Origin: Lama guanicoe
Lineage: Eukaryota
Reading direction: 5' to 3'
Assembly (NCBI GenBank): GCA_013239625.1
Contig: MU053472.1
Coordinates: forward strand, 868,001 to 932,000
DNA: 64,000 bases
Both the position numbers and the translations under genes were made by a program. The notes beneath the pieces are model-generated. The model had not been told where the DNA came from. It was given only the letters and a program-made list of their open reading frames with translations, and searched no databases. Shown here in pieces: positions 12,956 to 25,349 of the stretch (position 1 is its first letter; each line of letters begins with the position of its first letter).

Positions 12956-13274
12956 GGTGGGGACGGAACGATGGGATCGCTCCTGGCCAGTGGGGGAGGG
13001 ACAGGAGCTGGCTGCAGAGGGTCGGGCTGGGGGACGAGGGGTCCACGGCAAGGGGTCATCTGGACCCAGGGCTGGCTGATGCCCAGGAAGCAAGGTGCCT
13101 TCCTCGCCAGCCCCAATTCATTAGGGCACAGAGGCTCAAGGTTATGGAGTGGGCTGGGCAGCAAGGAGCCGACAGGGTCGAGGGAGAGGAGAGAGAATCT
13201 GGGTGAAGGAGGAGGGGATGGATGGTCCTTTGTTTTCTAACTGGAGGTGGATGCCGGAGGAACTGTAACAGTGG

Positions 13275-13276
<2 letters not shown>

Positions 13277-13314
<38 letters not shown>
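13277..13314. repeat. (GT)19 microsatellite
   Basis: Perfect dinucleotide run. Confidence 0.95.
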
Positions 13315-13316
<2 letters not shown>

Positions 13317-13334
13317 TGTGGAGTGCAAACATTA

Positions 13335-13470
13335 AATCCTTCGAGGACTTTGTGCCAGGCATTCTGCTGACCTGCCAGGTACTGTGACCAACACCATTTT
13401 ACAGGTGAGGAAACTGAGGCTCAGAGAGGTTCTGAGATCAATCAGTGAAGGAGCAGATGACTCACAGCCA
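13335..13470 (-). mobile_element. MIR SINE
   Basis: ccattttacaggtgaggaaactgaggctcagagagg. Confidence 0.75.
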
Positions 13471-14449
13471 GGACCACCAGACTCCAGAGCTGGAGAAGCT
13501 CGGTTTGCATCCCCGTGGGGATGCAGTGGTCCTGGGTGTGGGGGAGCGTGATGGAGGGGTTAAGGCTGGGTGTGGCACAGAAGTGACTGGTGGCTCATAT
13601 TCCCCGCCCTGCCTCACTCCACAGTGCTTTATCTGTCCCCTCCTTCCTTTCTCCAGCTGCAGTGTCCCAGCTTCGTTCCCTGGGGGGAGAGGATTGGCAG
13701 GATCCTCGTTGAGAAGCCACTGTACATGGCGATCAGGACAGACTCCACCCCTTTGGCCATTGCCACACCAGTGGAACCTTTGGCCTGGGCAACGTGAGCC
13801 TCTGTACTTATGGTAAAGTCTGCCCCTAGCCAGGGGGGAACCCCAAGGAAGGACTGGGGGCCCCAGGAAGCATGAAACATCTAGCCCCCTGATTTCTGGT
13901 GGCCCCAGCCGCTCTGAGCCTCCCAATGCCAAGGGTGTCTGCAGGAGCAGGTGGGTTGGGCCCCGGAACCTGCATCTTGGAGATGCAATGCCATTGCCCC
14001 TCTTGGGCCCCCTCCTTCCCAGGCACGGCTGGGCAGCGCTCCCTCCCCGGGTGATCGCAGCTCTCCCACAAACCCACGCTCAGGAGATGAAATATTCATC
14101 ACGTACATATTGGCTCCTCCAGCAGCTTTTAGGGAAAGCAAATGAGACTGACTCCGGGAAGGAAATGAGTGTGAGGCATGAGGGTGGGGGGTGGTGGGCA
14201 ACGGTGAAGACGAAGGTGGGGAGGCACCCCCCTAGCTTCATCCTCTCTTGCATCCAGCTTCTAGAAGCCAGTTGCAACCTTCTGTTCCTGGTGTCCCCAA
14301 ACTACCATATCCTTGCCCCTCGACCCCCTTGCCTCCCACCAGCCCCAGCACCCCCCCACCTCTTCTCCGGAAGACGGGAGCTCACAGTTTTACTAACACA
14401 TCCAGGCAGAGCCGCAAGGCATAGATCTACCTAACCAACAGCCACCCTC

Positions 14450-14840
14450 AGCCAGGCGCTGGGCCTACAGGGGTGAGCAAGGCAGCAAAGTCCCCACCCG
14501 TGTGAAGGACACAGACATAAAAGACCATTTCAGGTGGTGGAGGAGGGAAAGGAAATAAACACACGTTTCAGGTTGGGTGGCTGTGGAAGCCCTCTTAAGA
14601 AGGTGACATTAGAGCTGGATGGTGAGGATGAACTTCTTCCAGGCAGAGGGAACAGCAGGTGCAAAGGCCCAGAGATGGGAGAGAGCTTAGAGTGTGAAAG
14701 AAACAGCCAGGAGGCCAGTGTGGCTCTGATGCAGTGTGAGAGTGAGCTTAGAGAGGGTCACGGGAGCCCCATCATGCAGGGCCTCGTAGGCCACGGAGGA
14801 CTGGGGTTTATTCTAAGAGCAAAGGAAAGCATTTGGATGC
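14450..14840 (-). mobile_element. L2 LINE fragment
   Basis: aaggtgacattagagctg...ttccaggcagagggaacagcaggtgcaaaggccc...gaggccagtgtggct...catgcagggcctcgtaggcca. Confidence 0.8.
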
Positions 14841-15857
14841 AGCAGGAAGGGCACTAGATTTGGAGCCAAGGGCCTGGGTGTGAGGCCAGAGCAGGTCACT
14901 TAACCTTCTAGCCTCACCTCTCTCATCTGTGAAATGGGGCCAGGAAAGTCCAGCTCAAAGGGTGGCTGTAAGGGTTAAATAACATCATTTATGTGAAGGT
15001 GTGTTGCTCTTCAATGACAGTATCCCAGCAGTCCCCTCTGCCTGTCCTCGGTGAGCCCCCAGAGGTCTACCTGGATAACACTGAGTCAAAGAACCGCAGA
15101 ATCTTGGCATGGAGGGCATTCAGTGAGCATCTACTGAGCAGCTGCTGTATACGTTGCACAATGCTTGGTGCTGGGATGCAGCTGTGGACACGACAGACTC
15201 ATATGGACTGGAGAGAGCTGGACTCGCCCATTTCATAGACAGAGTGTGGCAAGGTCCAGGCCACCCAGTGTTAAACTATCAGAACGAGAGCCCAGGTGCC
15301 CTGACCACCAACCCAGTGCTCTGCCTGGATTCAGACAACGGGCGCCCCTCCCCTCTAGCTGAAAGGTTCTTCACCAGGGGTCCTCTTGGGAGGAAATGTG
15401 CCTCCCTGCCCCTAGGCCTTGCTTGGGATGAGGAATTCTGAGGGGATCAGGAAGCTTTCTCGAGCTTTTCTGGACCTTGAAGGACACACTAGACTTGGCC
15501 ATGAAGAATGGAGGGACCTCCAGCCGAAGGGTCAGTGAAGGCTTGGAGACCAGATTACTCGGGGATACGTAAATTAAGGGGGGGCTGTGAGAGAGCAGAG
15601 AGGAGCAGGGCAGGAGGGTCTGGGACTGCCCTGTCATAACCAGGCAGCGGGGAGTTACTGGACCCCTTGGAGTTGGGGAGTGGCAGTCCCAGGACTGCTC
15701 CTTACAGATGGCATTAGAGTGGGGAAATGGAGGCAGGGAGATCCGTGACCAGACTCCTGCAGTGGTCCAGGTAAGCCTTAATGGAAGACTCCACTGGAGC
15801 AGTGGCAGTGGCAAAGAAGAAAAAGGAGCAATGTGAGAGGGATTACAGAAGAGGACG

Positions 15858-15908
15858 CCACCACCACCATCACTATCACCACCACCACGACCACCACCAC
15901 GACCACCG
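15858..15908. repeat. Imperfect (CAC)n trinucleotide repeat
   Basis: ccaccaccaccatcactatcaccaccaccacgaccaccaccacgaccacc. Confidence 0.9.
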
Positions 15909-17079
15909 AAGTCCGCCCCTGACGGAGTGTGGGGAGCTGGGGGGAGGGAAGAGACAAAGAGCTCTCAGAAGATGGGAGATTTAGCTGTTCTTTATTGATT
16001 CCACGAACATTTCCTGAGCACCTGCAGAGGGTCAGGCCCCGTGCCATTCAGGCAGGAAATTGAGCAAAATTGTGCAAAACTCGAAGGCTTGTGATTTGTG
16101 CTCCTGTTGGGATGGGGGATGGGGAAGCGGGGGCAAGGGGGCGTCAGGCTCGGGAGCCCCTCTCAGAGCCTTGATTTTGCTCTCTGTAAAATGGAGGCAT
16201 TTCAAAGGACAGCCATTCTTTCCCCAAACAGCCCCCCGGGGCCAGGGAAGCAACACCTGGGTGCTTTAGGCAGCTACTTCTGGATAGATCCTCTGGAATT
16301 CTGGTCACTCAAGCATGTGGAAATAAGGAGGCAGTGGGGAGAGGCTCTCCTTTGAGGCAGCAGACCCACACAGGGGAACAAGGAGCAAGGTCATGTTCCT
16401 ATCAGGACTCTGGGGATGGGGTCTCAGGGTCCTCTACTTCCCAGCCAGGAAAGGGACACTTCAGGAGCAGGGACTGTGGTAGAGATTCCTTCAACGAAAA
16501 AAGCAGCAAATGTTCCCCAAGTCCTCTGCTCGGAGCCTTCTGTGCATTAGGTCCGTCAGTCCCCAGAGTCTCCAGGAACAAAAATTGGTAGTTTCCTCAT
16601 GTTCCAGAGGAGGACACTGAGACCCGGACCTCTGCGACCATTCACAGAGCCAGAATTGGAGTTCAGGCTGCCTGACTCCTGCACTCAGCACTTGACTTCT
16701 TCTCTTTTGCCCTCTTTTGATAACTTACCCAGGACCTGAAGCCCACCTGCCCTGCCATCCTCAGTACTAAGGGCCTACCCCACCCTCACTGAGCAGTAGC
16801 CCCACCCCAATGTCATGTGGGGGCAGCAGAATCCAGGGTGTCTTCCTGGGAGCAGAAACATTTGAAGGTAAAATTTGGACTTGCCAGGATGGGGGAGGGA
16901 AGGGTGTTCCCAAAGTGCCTTTGCACCACCAGGGCAAACGTGAGATAGTCCTTCCCTATGCACTGGAGCTGGGGGTGGTGAGCCCTGGGGCCCCCTTTGT
17001 CCTCATCTTGTCACTGGTTTTCCAGGAAGTTTGGAATCTCCCCCTGCCCTCCCCCACCCACCAGGGTGAAGGTTTGTGG

Positions 17080-17325
17080 GGAATGTTCTCCCGCAGAACT
17101 CGGCACGAAATAAATTCCATTCTTACTCTGCAAATGACACTGCACATAAATATTCAGTAAATTAGCAGCACGCTTTTATAGATTTATCAGTCATTGCAGG
17201 CACAAAATGACAGGCAATGTTGTAGCTGAAATATTAATGCTGACAAATTAATGATTTCTGAGTAAATGATGTCATTTTTGCACCGTTTCATTAAAATTTA
17301 CTCACTTCTGCTTCATTTCTGGACC
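17080..17325. promoter_or_regulatory. Candidate conserved non-coding element (enhancer-like)
   Basis: ~250 bp complex AT-rich unique block in GC-rich surroundings with repeated TGACA (MEIS/TALE-like), gatttat, taaatta, attaatg and cattaa motifs. Confidence 0.6.
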
Positions 17326-17974
17326 TAAAAAAAATTAAAATCATTTCTTTCTCTCTTTCTTCTTTCTTTTTAGTGTGGGATCGGTTCCCAAACCTGAGAG
17401 GGACATAAATTTTCCCCAGAAGCACCCCGGAAACAGAGGTGGGGAGCCAGGCAGGACTAGCCTCCCCTCCCCCAGGCCTGGGGAGGAGCTGGGAGAGCCC
17501 CCCTGGGTCCCAGAGCAAAGGGTTTCTCTCACAGTGAGGGTAGAGATTGTAGGGAAAAGTGGGAAGGGATCTTGGGAGGGGATGTGACACAGTGGGGGGC
17601 ACGTGGGGACAGGAGTGAAAGGAAGCCCTTACCCTACCCCCTTTGGAAACCCTGAGGGTCTCCTTGGTCCTCATTTTACAGGGCCTCCTCTCTTGCAATA
17701 AATTTGGGGAGTAATTAATTCCCGTGGCTTCTGTAGTAGGAAAAGGGGGAATACAGATTGTGTAAATATGCTGGACCCACCCCTCACCAAGGCTCTTGGA
17801 AGGAACAAATTTGAGGCCAACTCTTGGCCAGCAGCTTCATAGCAATGTGACCTTGGGCAAGTACCATCGCCTCTCTGGGCCTCAGTTTCCTTTTATCTCT
17901 TCATTTCTCAGGGTTCTTGGGGAGATTAAAGAGGATGGCTTGTAAAAGGTCCTATACAGAGACAGGTCCCCAAG

Positions 17975-18520
17975 TCGGACGCCCCCATCGGATGCGCTCC
18001 CGCCACCCCGCCGTGCCCCCACCCCGCCCATTGGAAGCTGAGGGGCTTGGGAAGGACAGCCCCAGGGTGACCTTGCCTGGCCCTGCGGGGGCGGGAGCCC
18101 TGCGCCGCTGCCCGCCTCGGTCTGGTAAACGTGGCCAAATGCAAACAAGCTGGCTGGCCCCTGGCGGGCGCAGCGGGAGTGAGGGCTGCGGGCCGAGCGC
18201 CGCAAGGCGACACAAAGGAGAGGCGAGGGAGCCGAGCGCGCGCGAGCCGCCGGAGCCCGGGCCGGCGTATCGGGCAATCTCCGGGCTAATTCGTGTCAGG
18301 GCCGGTCTCCTATCTCCCGCTCGGCTCCCCGGCCGCTGATAAAATTGAAGTGGAAATGAAGTTGGATGCTCCGGAGGATCCGCTCGCCAACTGGGGTGGG
18401 GGTGGCTCTCCGCCCCAGGCAGCTGCTGCCTCGGCGGCCGCCCTTGGCGCTGCCCTTGGCCAAGCCGGAAGGATGGGGATGCGGGTCAGAGCGGGGAGGG
18501 AGGGAGGGACGCAGGCACCC
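17975..18520. promoter_or_regulatory. CpG island with no recognisable adjacent gene
   Basis: ~550 bp of high GC with dense CpG (e.g. gagccgagcgcgcgcgagccgccggagcccgggccggcg), unlike the CpG-depleted background. Confidence 0.75.
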
Positions 18521-19228
18521 GCAAAGGCCTGTAACCATCCTGTCCCTGTCTGTCCTGCCTATCATTTCCCCAGCCACGGAAGTGGGATAGAAATAACACC
18601 ACGTTTATTGAGTGCTTATTACGTGCCAAGCTCCACTCAATGCCAGGTGCTTGAAGTGACTTAATTCTCTTACTTACAGACTTCCCTCCCCCGCAAGTCA
18701 AAATGCATGGAGTGATTGTCCCCATTTTCACAGGTGCAGACATGGAGGCACCCAGAGTCACAGCCGGCCCAGGGACGGCTAACAGAGAGTGGCGGGAATC
18801 ACACCCAGGCTTCCGCACGCTGCAACTCGAGGCTTCCCCATGGCACTAACCCTCCACTTAGGAGCGTCCCAGGTGGGCTGAAAGAGAAGACAGCAGCAGG
18901 ACAGAAGCGGGGCGCTGGCGGTTGTGCACACCTGTTACGAGGCGGGCCTTCCAGCCATTATCTCCCCTGAATTCTAAACCTTGGTATCATCCTCTCCAAT
19001 TGAGGGCCCTGGAGCTGAGGCTGGGCACCAGGAATCCAGCATGGTGGCGGGGACTCTGAGAACGCAGGGTGCGCTGGCCCTCTGAGTTGTCTTTCTGACT
19101 CCTGATGGGTTCATGATGATGTCTATATGCTGTACCAAACTTTGGGGGTGGGGTGGGGAGGGGGTAGGAGCCTGGAGGTGATGATTGGCTCTTGTAATGC
19201 ATTTCAGTTATTATTCACTTATTTGCAT

Positions 19229-19522
19229 CTTTTTTTAATTGCATTAGTTTCAGGTGAACAGCAAAGTGATTCCATTATATATATATTTCAGATTATTTTC
19301 CATTATAGGTTGTATATATGTTGAATATAGTTCCGTGTGCTATACAGTAAATCCTTGTTGCTTATCTATGTTATGTATAGTAGCGTGTATCTATTAATCT
19401 CATACTCCTAATTTATCCCCCACCATTCCCCTTTCCCCTTTGGTAACCGTAAGTTTGTTTTCTGTGAGTGTATTTCTGTTCTGCATATAGATTCATTTGT
19501 ATTATTCTCTAGACTCCACCTA
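19229..19522 (-). mobile_element. 5'-truncated LINE-1 3' end with target-site duplication
   Basis: T-run, then tttcaggtgaacagcaaagtgattc...gtgctatacagtaaatccttgttg...tttggtaaccgtaagtttgttttct; flanked by tattcacttatttgcat (19212-19228) and tattcatttatatgcat (19523-19539). Confidence 0.85.
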
Positions 19523-20134
19523 TATTCATTTATATGCATTTCTATTTTATTTATTTGTCAGTGGGCACATGCCTACCTCCCCCAACCACAGCCACCTCTC
19601 TCTGGCCCCAGGCCCATGGCCAGCTTTAGGCTTCCAATCCTCCAGAGCCTCCAGCTCCTGTCTAGCCCAAGGCCTTCCCACACTGTCTTCCTTCAGCTTA
19701 GAACGCTCCTCTCCTGGGCAACTTTTTCATCCTTCAAGTCTTACGATGTTTTAAATAATCCCTTTAATGGTGATACACACTGACATACCAAAATGTGTAC
19801 ACCATCTTTTTTTCAACTGGATTTGGAACAGGAACCCAGCGTGAACCCCTGGCATGGGCCCATGGCTGCAGTGGTGCTGCGGTCTGGTTCCTCTGGGGCA
19901 GCTGGATGGGCCCCTTCCGTGGCCAACAAAGGACAGGAGTCTAATTTCACAAAACATCCAACTAGGTTTTGGCTCTGCCCAGCTGCCCACCTCACTTGAC
20001 CCTCAATATCTGTTTTCACAGCAGCTCCTCCTTGAGAAGACATTTGATAATATTCTTTCTGCCCGAGTGAGACGGCTTTGCTGAGCCGTCTTTATGACTC
20101 TAAGTACACTGCAAACCAGTTGTACTTTACATGG

Positions 20135-20285
20135 AACTGGAACTAGAAAACTGGTATCTGAGTCCTGGCTCTGCCACTTACTAGTTGTGTAACCTTGGAC
20201 AAGATGCTTCCCCATTCTGAACCTCAGTTTCCAACTCTGTAAAAAATGGGTATAAAAACAGTGATATCTGCCTCACAGGGTAAAG
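20135..20285 (+). mobile_element. MIR SINE
   Basis: gtcctggctctgccacttactagttgtgtaaccttggacaag...cctcagtttcc. Confidence 0.8.
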
Positions 20286-20313
20286 AACATAGAGACTGGT
20301 AAATAGCAATGAG

Positions 20314-20318
<5 letters not shown>

Positions 20319-20374
<56 letters not shown>
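20319..20374. repeat. (GT)28 microsatellite
   Basis: Perfect dinucleotide run. Confidence 0.95.
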
Positions 20375-20376
<2 letters not shown>

Positions 20377-21129
20377 GGAGATTCTATAAGTTACAGTCTA
20401 TGCAAACATCAAATTTTATTCTTATCCAAGGCCTCCTCTTGGCCTGTGGTCCCTCCCTGTGTCCACACACAGATCCTTGAGCTCCTCTAGAGTCCTCACT
20501 AGTCTCCCAAGGACACTGCATACCCCATCCCCCCTGCTGAATCTAAATCTCCCCCAATCCTGCCTTACAGCTGCCCCAGGTATGGATCTCTTCAGAGCCC
20601 CTCACTATCTGCCCTTGTGTAGAAATTATCTGTGTTTCATTTGTTTCTCTGGATCTAAGAGTCTCTGAGGGAAATGACCTTGACTTCTCATTCCCAGATC
20701 CTTAGGATCCAGCATGGTGCCCAACACCTAGCAGGGGCTCAGATGTCTAGAGAATTAAATGCTTTTGATCCTTTGTTAATTTATCAAACCAATATCTTCT
20801 GGGATGATTTTTTTAGAGTTTTATAAATTATAGAAACAATAAAAACAACATTAAATACAATTTCAAGAAGAGAAAAAACTTTGAATCCTACCAAGATTTG
20901 TCAGTACTTATTTTCATTTTTGCTTATTCTTTTCCTGTCTTTTGTTTTTATGCCTGAATAGTTTACAGTGCTCTAAATATAGCATATATTTAGCGTTCTT
21001 TTTTTTCATTGCACATTATCTCAAACATTTGTATACTTTCTACATTTTCATAATGATGTTTTTAATGGCATAGAATAAATGTACCAAAATTTATACATTT
21101 TTCCAGTCACATTTGGAACTGTTACCAAA

Positions 21130-21352
21130 AATGAATATATATTAGCTTCTAGAGGAAGTCTCAAAACATTCCAGAGAATCAGTATTACACAGAACATGTT
21201 TTCAAACCACAAGCAAGAAAATTAGAGATCAACCACAGAAAGAGATCTATCAAGACCTTCAGTTTTGAGACTGAAAAACAAACTGCTAAATAATCCGTGG
21301 TTAAAGAATAAATCAATGAAAATTAAGTATTTAGAATTAAATGATAATGAAA
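21130..21352 (+). mobile_element. Old LINE-1 ORF2 remnant (resumes at ~22700-22780)
   Basis: acagaacatgttttcaaaccac...aaattagagatcaacc...ctaaataatccgtggttaaagaa; resumes after the insert as gcagttaaagcagtatttagagggaaatg. Confidence 0.7.
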
Positions 21353-22699
21353 GGGTTAATTCTGAACCACTGTATGTATATATTGGACTCGAACATTTAA
21401 GTTAATGGATGGGGTTCTCACTGTTGTGGGAAGTTAACAGATGAGCAAGAGTTTGAGGCTAGAATGATCCATGTGGATTAGAGTTGGAGACATCAGGATG
21501 GATTTATGTTCAGTTTAAAACAGATACAGATGGGTTACATATAGAATTTTATATAGCTATGTATGCAAACATGAGTTAGTCCACACACCTATAGTTCTTT
21601 GCTCTGCCAGCTGGGAGGGCCTAGAAACAATGACCCTGGTAGTAATGGTCACCCCTACTACTCAGATCTTGGTTTCTAATACCATTCTCCAGGGAAAGGA
21701 ACCAGAGATTTTTGCAGAAATGACTGATTCTAGGACTGGGGCAGGAAATACACAAGACGATCCTGGAGCATCTTGTTTTGCCAGAAAGTAAGAAAATGCT
21801 CCAATGTGCAACAACCCCCCACTGATGGGGGTGTGTCTAGGAGGCGTAGGAGCCCACTGAGAACTCCTAATGGCCAAAGCTGGAACAATTTGAGAAAAAA
21901 AAAAAAAGTAGTGTTAGATTATAATCCAAAGTAAATAAATATCCATGAGTCTGTACTGCTGTAAATAAATGGTTGAATAAATTAATAAGGAGAATAGGCA
22001 AATCTGTATAGAAAAATTCCAAATAATGTAGATACTCTGCCTTCAAGGAGATGGAGCATAACTCCTCTTGCCTTAGGTGTGGGCTGTACACGGTGACTTC
22101 CTTCCAAAGAGTACAGTATGGGAAGGGAGAGAAAAGAGCAACCTCACAGTAGAGAAATCTGACAAGCACTACCTCAACCAGGTGCTCAAGATCATCAACA
22201 ACAGTGATGAGTCATGTTGCTGGGGGGGACCCTCAGTATGATGTGATGAGAGCAGCACTTCCCTCTGTGGTCTCCCTCAAAAACCCATAACCCCTGTCTA
22301 ATCATGAGAAAGAACATCAGGTGTATCCCAGTTGAGGAACATTCTACCTGGCTGATATTCCTTAAAACTGTCAAGGTCATGAAAAAGCAAGAAAAACCTG
22401 AGAATCTGTCACAGCCAAATAGAGCCTAAGGAGACATGATGGTTAATGTAATGTCGTATCCTGAATGAGATCCTGGAACAGAAAGAGGACATTAGGTAAA
22501 AACTAAGGAAATCTGAATAAAGTGTGGAGTTTAGTTAAAAATGACATACCAATAGTGATCTACTGATTGTGACAAATGTACCACACTAATGTAAGATATT
22601 AACATAGAGAAATTTGGGTGTGGGGCATAGGGGAACGTTTTAGGTACCAACTTCACAATTTTTTTGTAAAACTATTCTAAAATTACAAGTTTACTTAAG
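21353..22699 (+). mobile_element. L1MD/L1MC-type LINE-1 3' UTR with perfect 13-bp TSD
   Basis: cagatcttggtttctaataccattctccagggaaaggaaccag...gagcctaaggagacatgat...ctggaacagaaagaggacattaggtaaaaactaaggaaatctgaataaag; AATGATAATGAAA at 21340-21352 and 22700-22712. Confidence 0.85.
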
Positions 22700-22784
22700 A
22701 ATGATAATGAAAATATGAGGCAACATTTGTAAGGAGCAGTTAAAGCAGTATTTAGAGGGAAATGTAAACTTAAATGCACACGTC

Positions 22785-23152
22785 ATGGTTATTAGTGCTG
22801 TCACCAGCTATTTCCAGATCTTTGGCACATGTAGGGTTAAGCTTCTTGGTTCTTTTTGGTTCCCTGGGACCAACGAGTTGTGAGCTGAAGCGATCTGTGT
22901 CACTTCCAGGGTGGAGTATTTAATTATGGACACAAAACCATCTAGACCTTTCTTTCTCTCTGCCATGGCAACCCCTACCGTTTCAGATACTGGCTGCTCC
23001 ATTAGCTGGTGGTCTAGACTGGTATAGGGCAGAGCTCCTAGCCAGCTGTGATGGACTGGTAGTATGAGAGAGAAACAAGCCGTTACTATTTTAAACTACT
23101 GGGAACTTGCCAGTTATTACTGTAGGAAAATTGAGTTCATCCTGAGTGATAC
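22785..23152 (+). mobile_element. MLT1 (MaLR) solo LTR
   Basis: gaagcgatctgtgtcacttccaggg...ggctgctccattagc...tatgagagagaaacaagcc...cctgagtgataca. Confidence 0.7.
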
Positions 23153-23519
23153 AGAATGTATTTTAAAATATAAAATATGTATCAGGTAGGTTACTTTCAG
23201 CTACTAAGTAACAGAAAACCCAGATCAAATGAGCTTCAACTGTAAGGGGATTCATTATCTCTATTATAAGATGTTCTGTGGAAGGGTTAGTTAATTCAAG
23301 GCTGAGTGATGCCATCTTTCTGCTCTGTCATCTTCACTTGGAAGTTTATTGTTTAAGCCACTACCTTTTGGGGTAATTTATAATGCAGCTAGTAGATAAC
23401 TAGCCAACAGCATGTAAGGATGGGACACTTGGGGTGAGGGTGGCCGTTTGCCAACATGAAGGAGCTACTAACAGGAGAGAATAGTAATTCAAACAGTGTG
23501 ACGTGGGTGAAGGTTTGGG

Positions 23520-23970
23520 ACGGAGATGCTAGCTGTCCACCAAAATCCACTTTTCCCATCTTGCATGGCCAGGGAGTGGTAGTTAGGCAAATGGTGGGCT
23601 AAATGGGCACAGCATTTCCCAGTCCTTTCTGCAGCTAGGTGAGGCCATTAGAAAATGTTGTCACTGATGAAATATGAGTAGAAGTGGTATGTTCCTCTTC
23701 TGGGCTATCACTCTTAAAGCAGCAGGAATATCTTCTCTATGCTCTTTCTTCTTCCTTCCCCAAGACTGGAATCCACATGTGGCAGTGACCCAGACATCAA
23801 CAGAGAATGACTGAGTCAGAAGATGGAAGGAACATGTGTTCCTGAATGGCTCCATTGGAGAACAGCCCACCTTGGACCTCAAGTGCATAAAACATACACC
23901 TTGTTTTTTAAGTTGCATAATTGTTGGAATGCTTGTTATAGCAGCTTGGTTTTTCAGCCTAATTAACACG
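23520..23970 (+). mobile_element. MLT1 (MaLR) solo LTR
   Basis: catttcccagtcctttctgcagctaggtgaggcca...agatggaaggaac...ttgttatagcagc. Confidence 0.7.
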
Positions 23971-23974
23971 GGCA

Positions 23975-25030
23975 ATACAACAGAATAGAGAGTCCAGGAA
24001 TATATTTATATCTATCTCTAGGAAAATGGCATGTGTTAGAGATATCCCCACTAATCACTAGGGGAAAGAAAGACTGCCTAATAATAGAGCTGAAACACAT
24101 CATTCACAAAAATAAAGTACAGATGTTTTAGTGACCTAAGAATGAAAACCAATGAAAGGAAAATATTTTTCATAATCAGGATAGAGAAAGATTTCTTAAA
24201 CAAGAATGACATAAGCACAACCTATATAAGAAAAAAGAGATCTACTTAACTTGTTTAAAATTATATCTTGTCTAAGGCAAAATATACCATAGACAAGATT
24301 AAAAGGTGGCAATTTACTGGGAGATATTTGCAATATATAGTGTATCTATCAGAATGTGTAAAAAAATTCCTATAATCTGTGAAGAGAAAGATAAACAACC
24401 TAACACAAAAGTAGAGAAACAATATGAATAGACAATTCACAGAGGAGGAAATTCAAATGGCCACTAAAGCCACGAAAAGAAGTGAGATGCCATTTTCACC
24501 CATTAGGTTGGGAAAAATTCAGAGGTCTAACAATATAAAGTGTTGGTGAGGATGTGAGGAAAATAATACATAGCTGGTGGAAGTGTAAATACTGCCACTT
24601 GGAAAGCAAATTAGCAGCGTATAATAACATTTTTTTTTTATTGGAGTGCAGTCAGTGTGTCAGTCTCTGGTGCATAGCACAATGTCCCAGTCTTGCACAT
24701 ATATACATATATTCATTTTCACATTTTTTCCGTTAAAGATTATTACAAGATATTGAGCATAGTTTCCTGTGCTATACAAAAGAAACTTTTTTTTTTTTGG
24801 ATAACATTTTTAAATGTATATACTCTAAGACCGATTCAGAAAATTCCATTTCTAGGCATGTTCCCTGGAGAATTCGGGCACGTGTATACACAGGCTGTAT
24901 ACTACATGATTGTCCCAAGTGGCCAAATAATATAAACAATATAAATGAATATCTACAGGGGAATGAATTCTGATACATGCTTATACAGTGGGATATTATG
25001 CAACAGTTTAAGAGGAATAAATTAGATCTA
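23975..25030 (+). mobile_element. Old LINE-1 ORF2 3' remnant interrupted by a younger L1 piece
   Basis: atgaatagacaattcacagaggaggaaattcaaatggcc...gagatgccattttcacccattaggttgg...gtgttggtgaggatgtg...aattccatttctaggcat. Confidence 0.75.
24635..24800 (-). mobile_element. Short lineage-specific LINE-1 3' end with 11-bp TSD
   Basis: T-run, then gattattacaagatattgagcatagtttcctgtgctatac; ATAACATTTTT at 24624-24634 and 24801-24811. Confidence 0.8.
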
Positions 25031-25032
25031 TA

Positions 25033-25175
25033 CAGTCATCCCTCGGTATCCACAGGGGGTTGCTCACCCCCAACAAATTAAATCCACTGATGCTCAAGTC
25101 CCTCTATACAATGGCAAAGTACTGTTGGCCCTCATACCTGTGGGTTCTGCATCCTCGGATATGGAGGGCTGACTG
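25033..25175 (+). mobile_element. MER2-type TcMar-Tigger MITE (internally deleted)
   Basis: Imperfect terminal inverted repeats cagtcatccctcggtatcc ... ggatatggagggctgactg, preceded by TA; internal atccactgatgctcaagtccct. Confidence 0.8.
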
Positions 25176-25349
25176 GCTGACTATACACCCCCACGTGGAT
25201 AGTTTCAAATAATGTAACGTGGGGTGGATCAAAATAAGACTCAGAATGATATGCAAAGTACACCACTTATACATATTTTTAAATATTAAAATACTACAGT
25301 ATATACTATTTACGGCTACATATGAGTGGATATAAGCATTTTAAAAATT

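Noticed and set aside
15781..15984. Poly-histidine ORF resembling a transcription-factor His tract
   Set aside because: Explained by a (CAC)n microsatellite; short ORF with no domain context.
17882..18664. ORFs spanning the CpG island
   Set aside because: Stop-codon scarcity in GC-rich DNA explains them; no recognisable domain.
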